A stretch of DNA of 64,000 nucleotides, from positions 28,953,360 to 29,017,359 of the forward strand of contig NC_043019.1 of NCBI RefSeq assembly GCF_006345805.1. The letters are read 5' to 3'. How positions within the stretch are numbered: the first letter of the stretch is position 1; each line of letters starts with the position of its first letter. Shown piece by piece: positions 23,625-37,400 of this stretch. The notes beneath the pieces were generated by a model. It did not search any database, was not told the DNA's origin, and worked only from the letters and a program-made list of their open reading frames with translations. Position numbers and translations under genes: made by a program. The stretch is from Octopus sinensis. Taxonomy: Eukaryota.

Positions 23625-25084
23625 AAATTGTGCCCCTCTGTCAAGCCATGTTGAGCCAGTGTGGCAGAGTAGGTTCATCAAACCAGTATAATCTCATGCT
23701 CAAATTCATGGCCTCCACATCAAACTATGGTTAGTGGAGAGAACATGCTGAGACCTTTATCCTGCAGCAGACTGAACATAGGCAATCCAATTCAATCAAG
23801 AAGGGTGGGTAGAGTGTGTTCATCAAACCAGTATAATCTCAAGGTCAAATTCATGGCCTCCATATCAGACTGTGGTTGATGGAAAGAAAAGGACAATGTG
23901 TGTATGTACATATGCACACACACACACACGGCAAATGAAAGACGGAAGATGGAATATATGAGAATTTATTAATCACGACAATTGTTTTGACACATCTAGT
24001 GGAATAGTGGATGTTGAAGCATGTAAAGCTATAATTAATAGCATGTAAATATTAGGCTGAAGAGCCCTTTTTGATAAAAAAAAAAAAAATCAAAGGCTGC
24101 CTATGGGACTTGAACCCACATCTGTAGACATGCTATTATTTATAGTTTTATGTGCTTCAAAATCCACTATTCCAAAAACAGAATTATTTCATGTTCTCTC
24201 AAAGTTTATAAATATCCTGATGCAACCAACTGTAGAAACATTGCCAAATCAAATTGGAGCCTGGTGCAGCCACTGGCTCTCCAGACCTCAGTCAAACCAT
24301 CCAGCCCATGCCAGCATGGAAAACGGATATTGAACAATGATGATTATATATATATATATATATATTTAGACATACACACATACATATATAGACACACACA
24401 CACACACATATATATATCAACAGTTAAGATTTTAATATAGATGATATGAGACATTATAAGCAATATTTTGAGACAGAAAAAGAGCGATGGGCCATTAATT
24501 CTTAGCATAAACATTGAATTGAAGTGTGATGCTTGGCTATGTTGGACAGTAGTAGCAGTAAAATCTATCTGCTGGAATCTCAATGGATGACAAATTATCT
24601 TAGAAGTGAGATATTAATATGGGTAGAAGTGTGAGTTTATATCAGTAAAACTGCCTGATTTGACAGAAAAAAGTGGTAAGTGATTAGTTCATAGCATAAT
24701 CAGCAAATCGCCCTCACCCCCACACTGGGCAAGCAACTAATACAATATACATAGCAGCTTTTGACTGTGTCAGGGATGGGGGAAGGGCCTGGTGTTCTCT
24801 TAGGTTTTCTATTGTTTTATATACATTCAGGAAGTACAAATGAGAGAAAGATGCTATGCAGTGGAACAGAATCCGAAAACCATGTGGTTAGGAAGTAAAT
24901 TTCTAAGTCACACAACCACACTTGCACCAAAGAGATAGATATAAAATGAATTTAAAGAATGATAAAATAGAATTTTATTTTTCATTTTTTCTGTAGTGAG
25001 GAATAATGGAAATACTGTGAATGAGTGGAGTTGATAGAAGCTAGTTAGTTGTCAGGAGATGTACTATGTCGGAACAATAAACAA

Positions 25085-25978
25085 CAAATAATGATTTCAA
25101 ATTTTGGCACAATGCCAGAAAGATCTGGGGAGAGGGGTAAGTCGATTACATCGACCCCAGTGCTCAGCTGGTACTCATTTTCTCGACCCTGAAAGGATGA
25201 AATTTTGCCACAAAGACAAAGCTGACCTATGTGGAATTTGAAATCAGAACATAAATATGGATGAAATGTCACTAGGCATTTTGCATGGAATGCTACCGAT
25301 TCTGCCAGCTCACCACCTTATAAATATCAAACAACAACAACAACAATAATAATAATAAATAATAATAATGGTTTAAAATTTTGTCACAAAGGCAGCAATT
25401 TTGGGGGAGGGGTGAGTCGATTACATCAACCCCAGTATTCAAATGGTACTTATTTTATCAACCCCGAAAGGATGAAAGGTAAAGCCAACCTCCGTGGAAT
25501 TTGGTAGCGATGAGCAAAATACTGCTAAGGATTTCATCCAGCATGCTAACGATTCTGCCAGCTTGCTGCCTTTAAAATAATAATAATAATAATAATGGTT
25601 TAAAATTTTGCCACAAAGACAAAGCTGACCTTGGTGGAATTTGAACTCAGAACATAAATATGGATGAAATGTCACTAAGCATTTTGCATGGAATGCTAAC
25701 GATTCTGTCAGCTCACCACCTTATAAATATCAAACAACAACAACAACAACAATAATAATAATGGTTTAAAATTTTGCCACAAAGGCAGCAATTTTGGGGG
25801 AGGGGATGAGTTGATTACATCAACCTCAGTGTTCAACTGGTACTTATTTTATCAACCCCGAAAGGATAAAAGGTGAAGTCAACCATGGCGAAATTTGAAC
25901 TCAGAATGTAGTGACAAGCGAAATATTGCTAAGGATTTCATCTGGCACGCTAACGATTCTGCCAGCTCGCTGCCTTAA
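25085..25978 (-). mobile_element. Head-to-tail array of SINE B-derived units separated by (AAT/AAC)n
   Basis: 25201-25575 is repeated at 25607-25978 (ABAB pattern). Confidence 0.88.
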
Positions 25979-26246
25979 TAATAATAATAATAAGAAGAAG
26001 AAGAATAAACTATGCCATGTTTTCTGGAATACCAGTCAAACTTTTCAGACCAAAATTTACAGCTGAAAAAGGTAGGTTGACTTATACACCAAGATGACTT
26101 TTGAGGAGCAAAAATTCCATGTGAAGTGCAGCAGGATTTGGAAAGATAGCAATAATGTTTGGATGTTTACACTATATATACTTTATCAATTTGTATGCTG
26201 AAAACCTCAAAATAAAATGAAAATTGTGGAAACAAGCAATCCTTAC

Positions 26247-26350
26247 CTTTAGAATTGTGTCACCAACCTTCAAACCACCTTGTTCAGCTGCGACACTATG
26301 CTTAATGATTTCTTTTACAAAAACACGACATCCTAGAATAATGCCAAATT
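26247..26350 (-). CDS. TJP1: ZO-1-like exon, PDZ2 N-terminal half ([35 protein letters not shown])
   Basis: Acceptor tttcttttctccttttctag, donor AAG|gtaagg. 104 nt, phase 1 to 0. [10 protein letters not shown] is typical of invertebrate ZO PDZ2. Confidence 0.96.
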
Positions 26351-26665
26351 CTAGAAAAGGAGAAAAGAAAAATTACTCCATTAACATTAATAAAAATTAT
26401 GGTAACAACATAGATTGTACATAAAATGTGAGTAATATAATTAAGAATTGTTTAACTCTTAATATTAACCCAATTTGCTCCATTCTGAAGTGTTCATATT
26501 TCAGTTGAAATCTCAATGAAAATCTCATCATGGCATTGAATGATAACGTAGAGTTTCAGTTGACCAGCATCACACTTGCCTGCAACTTGAAGCTACATCT
26601 AACAATCTTCTTCACCATCTTTTCTCTCTCACCTCTCCTCTCTCTTTTTACAACTGGGATAGCCC

Positions 26666-26701
<36 letters not shown>

Positions 26702-27657
26702 CTGGCATTCTATTGGTTACAATGACAAGGGTCTTAGTTGATCTGATCAACAGAACAGACTTTGTGAAATTAATGTACAAATGGCTGAGCACTTCACAGA
26801 CATTTAGAGCAGATCTCAAGAAGATTCAGTCTGACACAATGTAACAAGATCAAACAACATGTGTAAGTTAGTCTACTAAACATGTATGAAGGTAGTGCTC
26901 CAGCAAGGCCACAGATAAATAACTGAAGCAAATAAAGGAAAAAATATTTCTATGCCTACAAAAGCATTTAGTGGGCAGGCCAACATTCTTCTTAAATGGA
27001 ACACCAGTCCATCACAAGGTTACCAGTTTACAGATGAGTGGCCTGGAGCAATCTGAAATGAAGTGTTTTGCTCAAGAACACAGTGTACTGCTGCTCTGGA
27101 AATTGAAACCATATTCTTGTGATTGTGAGTGTAACACCCTAACCACTAGGTCATGTGCCTTCAAGTGTACAAACACACACGTATATTCATTCTCATATTG
27201 AGTGAAATGAAGAGAGGATCTAATAAAGGACTTATTCAAACAATTGCCTGAGGAGGTGCATCTTACACCTTGGATGTATGATAATGATTACACAACATCT
27301 CACCAATGTACTAGAGGTATAAAAATGCGTCAAAACAATTGTAGTGACTTCAAATACAGAATCTCATTCATTCCATTTTTTTATCAGTTACCTATTTATA
27401 GAAACTTTATGGATACTATGGAATTCCTGATGTATAAATGCAGCAACAGGAGCTTCTCTACTGAGCGTTGCATGATGACATCAAGTAATCATTAACTGTG
27501 GATAAGTGTTGTACAGCATTTTACAAAGTTTCACCCAAATCTTATTTAACTAAATATATATACATTCAGCAATCTAAAGCCTCAAGGCGTCAGGCTCCTG
27601 TTAGGGGTCTGTGAAACTTGAAATAGCAGGGAACTGAATCAAACTGCTTCAGCTAAT

Positions 27658-27702
<45 letters not shown>

Positions 27703-29855
27703 CGTACATATACATCACAACAGGCTATTTTCAGTTTCCACTCACAAAGCTTTGGTTGGCCCAAGGCTATAACAAAAAAAACTTGCCCAACATGTTACGT
27801 ACAGTCCCAGGCTGAATGTCAACTATGTTATTAAATGGAAACATCTTTTCATAAAAGCCAAAAATTAAAGTCTGACATGTTTGGACAAATTTAAATCAAA
27901 TTTACATAAAATTTTGGTTGCTGGTAACAAATACTAACATATTAATTTTTAGCAAGTCCTTTGAGAGATCAAGCTATTATTAGTGTATTTAGGAAATAGA
28001 TAGTAGTGTGTACATTATGGTAGCGTAGGTGATGTTATTAAATAAAAATATCTCGTTATAAAAGAGCCAAAAATTGAAGTCTTAAGTTTTCACACAAATT
28101 TACATCCTGCAGTGGAGAAAAAAACAACAAAAAACAAAAATATAACAAAACAACCAACAACAATGGAAAATTTTTTAAAATATGGGGAAGAAGAAGAAAA
28201 CCCCCAAATAATGGCAATATGAGACGCAAGTTTTGAACATTTGCCAAATGCTTCTTTTAGAATATAAAATAAAACAAAATTCCAAACCTTTTTCAAAAAA
28301 GAATAAAAATTTCCTATAAATTTAGCCACAGTATTTCCATGATATTGAATGTAACAATAAGATCGTTAAAAGTAACAAAAATAATTTTAAAAAATAAAGA
28401 AAAATATATTTATTCCAGGAAATGTTGGCATCAAAACCTTGCTATTTCCTTAGATTCAGAAACAGAAATAGACAATTCTTCATAATCTTAAATAACTGAA
28501 ACAATTGAGCCAACAAGGAAGCTTCTATGAGGTCATTGGACATACTAGAAATAGCAGCCAAATCTCTGTCAACTCACACTTTAATGGGTTTAAAAAAAAG
28601 TTGTGGTGGTGGTGGTGGTGAACATTGTGTAATGATAATGCAAGTTCTAGATCAGTCATGGATAAACTGAAACTCGTGGGACTTTCTGAATGGCACATCA
28701 ATGAAAAATTACTTTAAAATTCCTTAGTAGTGACCTTCATGATGATGAGGCATGTCTCAAGGAGCCCACTGCTCAAAAATGGGTTACACATGCCTGTTCT
28801 AGATGGGCATGCCAAATCCATAAAATATAAAAAAGTATGTGTGGTAATAACAGTTGGAACATCTTTAATCAGAGGTTTGCAAGAAGAACCACTCTATATA
28901 GTCATTTGATGTGCTAGAAATATCAGGGACTAAATGGCACCAACACCTGTGTTTTGGCAGGGAAGTTTAAGCCATGGTGATACCAATAGCCTTTTGTCAA
29001 AGCTCTTATGGTCTGTGTAAGTGTTAACAAGAGTGGAGGGAATGGAATGAATGAATGAACACAGACACACACATGTATATCAGCTAGTTGGCAATCTTTC
29101 CACTTTTATGTTTACATGCATATATGTATTTACATGCATTTATAAATATATATTTACATGCATATATTTTATATATTCAAACCCAAACATGTTTAACTAC
29201 ATCGCTGTCTCTATATCTCATACAGATAAAGACAAATACATGTGCATGTTTATGTACATATAATATATATGTTCGACTCAGCTCCTGATTTCTGATGGAA
29301 TGGACACATCCTACATGTCCATAAAACACTAAATCATATGGAGCTTAAGTCAAACTGTTTGTTGTCGAAAAATATATCCTACCAAATGCATTAAATGCCA
29401 CTTTCGTTTAACCACTCACTTGTATGTAAATTCTATTTTGAGTTTACTTTATAAAGCCTGTCAACAAATATCAACTATCAGATACTATCATCCAACAAAA
29501 TGGATAGCTTCACTGATGATATACATGAAAATCCATAAATATCCTTTGAATTTATATAAACATTAACAAGGTGGACAGTGAGCAACTCTTTTTATTACGT
29601 AATTATACAATTGTTTCTTTAATGCATCGCTAGATTTTTATTGCTGTAATATTATTACATAATACTGATTTATACAAAGACCTGAAGAGCTGATATTTTC
29701 CTGCATTGCTTGAATAATATTGATTTCAAGCATTAGTTTGTGTAGTACATAATGTTCCAGCAATAAACTTTTGGTAGAGTGTCGATGAAACAATTGTAGA
29801 ATTATGCAATAAAATGAGTTGTTAATATTTACATCTCGCTCTCTCTCTGTATATA

Positions 29856-29973
<118 letters not shown>

Positions 29974-30214
29974 CTGTATAAGTTAAGAAACGGTGACGTG
30001 AGGAAATTTTGTAAATACAAATATAAGCTTAAGCTTATAAACTTTCATCATATATTGACTATAGAAAATAGTCTGATATTGGGGCAGATAAGACCTTGAT
30101 GGAAAAAAAAAAAAGGGGGCATTAGTTCATTTCCGATGTGCACTAATGCCCATTTTTTTTCTGTCAAGAGTTTAAATGCCCCAACGTTAGACTATTTTCT
30201 ACAAGGTATATATA

Positions 30215-30602
30215 TTCTTTTCTTTCTTTTATTTGTTTCAGTCATTTGACTGCGGCCATACTGGAGCACCACCTTTAGTCGAGCACATTGACACCAGGAC
30301 TTATTCTTTGTAAGCCTAGTACTTATTCTATCGGTCTCTCTTACCAAAATGCTAAGTAACGGGGACGTAAACACACTAGCATCGTTTGTCAATCGATGTT
30401 GGGGGGACAAACATAGACACACAAACATACACACACACACATGATGGGCTTCTTTCAGTTTCTGTCTACCAAATCCACTCACAAGGCTTTGGTGGGCCTG
30501 AGGCTATAGTAGAAGACACTTGCCCAAGGTGCCATGCAGTGGGACTGAACCTGGAACCATGTGGTTGGTAAGCAAGCTACTTACCACACACCCACTACTG
30601 TG
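30215..30602 (-). mobile_element. SINE A
   Basis: Reverse complement of the family A consensus, near full length. Confidence 0.9.
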
Positions 30603-30911
30603 CCTATTAGAGATAACACATCACATCACTATATTGACTCAACTATCAGCTGTGGTAATACACTGCTGATCACAATGTGCTTCTTTGCACTATTGTAGCA
30701 TTTGATTGATGCCATTCTGCTGGTTAGGCAGGCAGGCCAACATTCGCTCTGAATGTGATTCGATTCCAGTCTATCACAGGGTTACCTATTTTACAGCTGA
30801 ATGACCTGGAATAATGTGAAAGGAAAGGTTTTGCTGAAAAACAGAACACGTCAGTCTGGAAATGGAAACCATGATCTTGCGATCATGAGTGTAAAACCCT
30901 AACCACTAGGC

Positions 30912-30996
30912 CAGTGGTTCCCAGTCTTTTCACTAGCAAGGACCCCTTTTATTTAAATGAGTTTTCCCACAGACCCCTTTTAATATGCTTATCCTT

Positions 30997-31049
<53 letters not shown>

Positions 31050-31132
31050 AAATTTTGAATTTAGTTCACAGACCCCTAGCATTACCGTTGCAGACCACCA
31101 GAGGCGTGCGGACCACAGACTGGGAACCACTG
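30912..31132. mobile_element. hAT (Charlie-like) MITE
   Basis: Perfect 16-bp TIR cagtggttcccagtct/agactgggaaccactg. 8-bp TSD cactaggc/cgctaggc. Confidence 0.9.
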
Positions 31133-32409
31133 CGCTAGGCCACGTGCAGAAAGATTGACAGACAGACAGCCAGATACTAGATATATTTTTTTAATGAATT
31201 ATTTTTTATTCTATTCAGCTAGTCTACATGTTATATTAAGTTATGTAGCATTAAATCCAGTTCAATTCTCATAGATGCTTGAAAATGCATGCCTGAGTTT
31301 TTCAAAAATAATCACACACACACACTCACACACAGTGAATTTGAATAATTATTGAAACAAAGCGCAGGAAATAGACATTTTCAAAGAAATAAATACATAT
31401 GTTCTCTTAAATGTAATTTACTTTCTCTTTGCTAGAATTAACATCGTACTGTATATTGTCTCGCCATTGGGATAAGAAGAGGAAATATGATATTGATTTT
31501 TTCTTGGCATTTCTTTTTTTCTTTTTTCATTATTGACAAAGATTTTTATCAATTTCATTTTTTATTAAATTATCTTCTCAAAAAACATTCATTTATATAT
31601 ATAAATGTGTGTGTGTGTGTGTGTGTGTGAGTATATGGGTGTGTGCATGTAGATAAATATGAGCATATATATATATGTGCACACATATAGATATAGGTGT
31701 GTATATAATATATATTCATGTGTGTGTGTATATATATATATATATATGTACACGCACACATATACATGTGTATACACACATATATGTATATGTGTTTACG
31801 TTTTGACAAATTGTTTCACTGAAGGCTGGAGACAAATTGATTCTGTATGATATCAGATTCGCTTCTTCTAAAAAATCTAATTATTAACAGAAATAATTTT
31901 AGAAACCACCAGAATTAGTAGAAAATTGGGAAGATGAGGAGGAGGAGAGGCAGATTTAGAGAATTTGAACCAGGATTATTTTCTTAGCCACTCACTCCCT
32001 TTTATTCTTTTACTAAGTTTCTCTCATTTGATTGTAGTTATTTTGGGGGACCAACTTCAAGTATTCCTGGTCTACTGACTACCCCCCCCCCACACACTTT
32101 TCATGTTGCAGCTTGTGAACAACAGATTCACTGGTTACATGTCTGTAATGGCCCAATCACCAAAACACTGCATTTCTGAAAGCTAGAGTAACAGAAGAGT
32201 GTCTACAAATCCATGCAAAACAAATTTCTCAGTAGTATTTGTAAAGGAACAGTTCTTTTCTTTCCCCCTTTTTTTTTTGTTTTGTTACTTTTCAAATATA
32301 AGCTGATAGTTGTACTCTTTGAAATAGTTGCCACAGGGCAGCTTCTTGCAATGGTCTTCATTGACGTGTGATACACTCATCAATTTCTCAAGTGATCAAA
32401 CTTGAGATC

Positions 32410-32605
32410 ATCATCATCATCGCTTAACGTCCGCTTTCCATGCTAGCATGGGTTGGACGATTTTGACTGAGGGCTGGCGAACCAGATGGTTGCACCTGGC
32501 TCCAATCTTGATTTGGCAGAGTTTCTACAGCTGGATGCCCTTCCTAATGCCAACCACTCCGAGAGTGTAGTGGGTACTTTTTACGTGCCACCGGCATGGG
32601 GGCCA
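32410..32605 (-). mobile_element. SINE-like family D
   Basis: Matches 8545-8682 and the reverse complement of 46571-46775. Confidence 0.82.
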
Positions 32606-32752
32606 ATAGTTTCGAAAGGAACTTTCAACATGTGGCCATGTAAGCACTGCCTTTGTTAAGTTCTTCATGTATAAATGAGGTTTAGATCTGGATAAAATGA
32701 AAATGAGTTAATTATTCTGAACATACATGCATCCATCTGGTTTTAAGACAGC

Positions 32753-33586
32753 ACAGGGTGTTCAGGCTAAATTTGACAATATTTTACATCTCCTTGTTTT
32801 CAAGTGTATTAGTGTGCAATCAATGGCATTGGAGAGCATAAAGATTAAAGTTGTAATTGAGAAAAAGTTAGCTGACATGGAAGACTGAAAGCCATCTGAA
32901 TATTGGAATAGCACTACCTGCATCATAACGATTTGCACCAGGTATCAAAGTGCTGATATCATGACTACTGCTCAGTGCTCTGTGAACACTGTAAAGGCTG
33001 TGAGACATGACATGGACAGCTACAACAGAGACTATAAATCTGGGGCCAGCAAGAAGGAACACAGCAGGCATCCTGACTGTGTCTTCACACTGAAATTCAT
33101 CCCCACACCTTTGGACAGGGCCTTAAGCACAATCCTGATGGTTATGTGAAGCTGATGGAGACTGGTTGAACCCTGGTGGGAGAGGGTTGCTGCTGTAGCA
33201 GCAGGATTTGACTCCTTGTCATATCTCTGGAAAAAGTCAGAAATGGTTGTTGGAGAATTTCTATGATTTCCCCAACTCCAATTTATGGCCTCTTAGTTCC
33301 TCCAATTTGTAATCTCATGAATTACTATGTGTGGAGCATGGCTTAGAGAGTCATCAAGGCTGAGCTGGTGGCAAGATCAAAGAGGTGTTTGAAGATCTCA
33401 GGGATACAGTGAGAAATACATATGCTAGGTTCTGGAGTGTCTCAAAGCCATGGTGAAAACTGACAGTGGTAACTCTGAGTAAACCGTTATGTCCCAGCCA
33501 TAACCTTGTTCATATTTTTTAATTCAAAATACTCTTAGTTTTTCTTGTCCTGTTATACAAACTGAAATTTAGCATGACACCCTATA
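32753..33586 (+). mobile_element. Decayed, internally deleted Tc1/mariner (maT-like) transposon
   Basis: TIR pair cagggtgttcaggctaaattt and aaatttagcatgacaccct. Internal fragments QQD..PCH..KSQKWLLENFYDF and LWPLSSSNCNLMNYYVW are a degenerate WPxxSPDLNPxDYxVW region. Confidence 0.8.
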
Positions 33587-34354
33587 ATGTATGATTTGAG
33601 GAGTATTTGGTTGTTATTTCTAGTACTCAGTGTCTCTACGAGGCTTTACTCTTTTGATGTAAAAGTAAGTTTGATATATTGACAATAAAAGCTATTTTTC
33701 TTGTGAAAACAAAACAAGCAAAAAAAAACTGTATAAGGAATATATAAAAAATATTATTTTCCAATACTGGCCATTAGGATCTTAAAATAAAAGCAGAGTC
33801 TCCAAAAAATAAAGTAATAATGTTCTGTGTTGGTAAACATTATTTGGTAAAATTAATAAATTTCTGGAAAAGAAAAAAAATTTCTCTCTCCAACAACGGG
33901 CTTTACTTGAAACATTAGGATTCTTGTCTCCCTGTGGCATAAGAATTTATCCAAATTTACTGAATCCACTATATTCTTAAAAGCGAAGCAGCAATGTTAA
34001 TGTGACAGAATCCGGTGCACTTTTAAGGATTAGCGCTTCAGATTTAGGCATACCATAAATCATAAGAAAACAATGGCGATCATGTTTATTTCATATTGCA
34101 TTTTGTGAACAATAAATAGAGTTGTTGGTTAGTGGTTTCCAATGGGACCAATCACTGCCTCACTGAAATTTCACAGGGATTGTCTATGTAACTCAGGCAG
34201 AACAAACACCACAAGAGACTTCATTTAAAAAAACACTGGTTTATATTATTTTCCTTACTGTTTATATCTTTCTCTGTTATACATCACATGCCACACACAC
34301 ACAAATACATAAATGAACACACAAACATATATACATGTATATATATATAGACAT

Positions 34355-34545
34355 AGGGAGAGTTTATGAAAAAAACAAAAGACGAAGACAGGTGGTGTAC
34401 AAAACAAACAGATGTATTAGTATAACGCTCAGGAATAGAAAAAGTCTTTTATGTTTCGAGCCTATGCTCTTCTACTGAAAGGGACACAGAAAAAACAAGG
34501 ATAGGAAAAAATATGTGTAGTGGCTAATGATCTATCATGGCGACT
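34355..34545. mobile_element. Penelope-like fragment
   Basis: Collinear with 58456-58655. Contains the tgtttcgagcctatgctcttc motif. Confidence 0.5.
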
Positions 34546-35187
34546 AGTGATAGATCGCCATGATACATACATAAATGCACATATGATAGACTCCTACACT
34601 GTTTCCATCAAACAAAATTCCAGTCAGCCCAAAGCAATAGCAGAAGCCACTTGTTCAGAGTGCCACACACACACTAGAATCGAATCTAGAACTACATGAT
34701 CGAACAATAAACTTCTGAAACACATGACTATGTCTGTAACCAGAACTGAAGTCAAAAAGATTGTGAAGGCAATCTTCTAAATCTTCTTATACTCTAAGTG
34801 CAATGAGATGAGCCGAGTAAAACCAATCAATGTATGTTAGAATGCAAACCTCTGAGGATACTTCTTCCAGATGTCACGGAAGGGATTATTTCCATGACCA
34901 TGGATCAATAATTGTCCTTATATCTTATTGTTAACAATGAATTATATTAAAAGGGATCAGCTTATTTTACCTAAGTAAACAGCAGAGTCCAAGATAACTA
35001 GTAGTGGCCTATGTCAGCAAATTAATTCAAAAGTGGAATTAGTTCGCTTTAAGGAAGAGGAAACTAATGTAATTAGCACAATCGTTAGTAGGGAAAATGA
35101 GAAGAGGATATATAACAGAGAATTTTTATACAGCCCTCCAACTATTTGCAACATCAGTGATTTATTAATCATTAATGTACACTACTG

Positions 35188-35505
35188 TGAAGGTACGTGG
35201 CTTAGTGGTTAGGGCATTTGGCTCAGGATTGTAAGGTTGTGAGTTCGATTCCGAGCAACGCATTGTGTCCTTGAGCAAGACACTTTATTTCACATTGCTC
35301 CAGTCCACTCAGCTGGCAAAAATAAGTAGTACCTGTATTTCAAAGGGCCAGCCTTGTCACACTTTGTGTCACGCTGAATCTCCCTGAGAACTACGTTAGG
35401 GGTACACGTGTCTGTGGAGTGCTCAGTCACTTGCATGTTAATTTCATGAGCAGGCTGTTCTGTTGATCGTATCAGCTGGGACCCTCGTCATTGTAACCGA
35501 CAGTA
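35188..35505 (+). mobile_element. SINE family C (head GAAGGYRCGTGGCTTAGTGG; ttgtgtccttgagcaagacactt central domain)
   Basis: tRNA-like A box tggcttagtgg and B box gagttcgattcc. Reverse complement of 59480-59807. Confidence 0.9.
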
Positions 35506-37144
35506 GAAGTGAAATTTGTCTAAGCATGCAGTTGATAGTGGATACTTCCTACTGATGACATGCAAAGACAGAGAAATCCAGATTTAGCAATTCCACTGCT
35601 ACTGCTGGATGCTTTTTGTCTGCTACTGATACACTTCTGTGCTCTTTTAGCACTACAGTTGCTTTCTCAAGACAAATACCACAGTTTTGTGGCTTTCTAC
35701 AGTATATCCACATTAAGTAAGATATACAAAGTGCTTTTCTGAACCAACACTGCTTCATCATCACCATCATAATCGTTTAACATCTACCCTCCATGCTGGC
35801 ATGGGTTGGATGGTTTAACAGGAGCAGGCTAGACAGGGGTCTGCATCAGACTTCTGTATCTATTTTGGCAGTTTTTACAGCCAGATGCCCTTCCTAACAC
35901 CAAAAACAAACTTATATTAATTTGCAGTAAGGAAGAGGAAAAGCATGTTTCAGGCAAAACACTTCATAAATGGAAAGGGTACTCCTCAGATGAAGAGTTA
36001 GCCTCCACTTCTTCCTTGTGGCAGACCAATTTAATTCAGTTTTTAAACTATTTTAACCAAGACTGCTCTTTTATTCTTCTACAGGTTTCAGCTTTTGGAC
36101 CGTGACCATACTGAGGCACTATCTTTGAAGATGTATATATATATATACATACATATTTTTAAAGATTATTATACCCCCCCCCCAGTCACTTAGGCACTTA
36201 GTTTACTGATATCTATTTAATGAATGTCTAAGTTCACCTTGATATAAAGGTATTAACTTAATGTCAAAATACTGCAAAATCTTTTTGTTTGATGCGCCAA
36301 TTTACTAACAATCCAATACACACACACACACACACACAGTGTCCATTTTTATGTCTGTTTTTCCATGCTAGCATGGGTTAGACAAATACATACTGTTTTA
36401 GCAATATGTATGTGTATGTATATATATGTGAATTTAAGTAGATATAATGGGGTACCCATATAGTTCTGTCTACCAAATTTTACTCACAAGGTAAGTTATC
36501 AGCCCATGGTTAGGGTAGAAGTCATTAATTACTGAAAGTATCAATGTGCAATCAAACCGAACTTAAAACTACACGGCGGCTAAATAATCTGTTTAACCAT
36601 GCAAGTGTAGTTGTATATAATCTTCATTATGATGACCTCAGGGCTAAACAATAACAGCAGCAAATCGTAGTGATCACAGCTGGAACAAATCTGAGCATAA
36701 GTTTGCCTTAAGCTCAACAACAACAACAATTTGCAGTAGTCATAGCTGGAACTTTCAATGGTAGGTTTGCTTGCCCAGGGCTAAAATTGGCTTGAACAAT
36801 GACAAAGACATCAACAATAACAGCAGCAACAATGCAGCAAAATTATAAACAAAATTTGTTTCCAAAGAGGCAGTGAACCATTGTGTATTTGTGTAACAAG
36901 AAAATATATATCTATAGTCTGTTACAAACAAAATTTATCACACACCACTAGTTATGCAGACTGGTATGTTTGGATGTTAGTGTATTTACAAATGAAAGAC
37001 TGATGTGTTTAGGATATTGGAACTGGAATTGAAGGTTCTGGTGGGGAATTCTGATAAATTACGCTAACCTGACTTTGTAATAGTGATGGAATCCAGAATG
37101 ATTTAATGTAAGCTTAAAAAGGCAGCTTGTAATGTTGTTGTGAG

Positions 37145-37354
37145 AAGCATCTCCACACACACACACACACAAACGTATGTGAATACATATGTACACTTTC
37201 CTATACATAGATACATACATATATATATATACACATACATACATATATAGACATACATAATTAAATATACATACATACATATATATACATACATACATAT
37301 ATACACACACACGTATATACACACACACAGATGTATATACACACACACATGTAT

Positions 37355-37400
<46 letters not shown>
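37145..37400. repeat. Compound (CA)n/(TA)n/(TACA)n tract
   Basis: Visible low-complexity runs. Confidence 0.93.

Noticed and set aside
26556-26844. Overlapping ORFs next to the PDZ2a exon
   Set aside because: Driven by a poly-A run and a CT-rich tract. No splice sites fit the phase.
28104-28140. Strong orphan minus-strand acceptor followed by GAT and gtaaat (possible 3-nt exon)
   Set aside because: In phase 1 it would create GGA-TAA, an immediate stop, and the longer reading also stops. It can be explained by an A-rich low-complexity tract.
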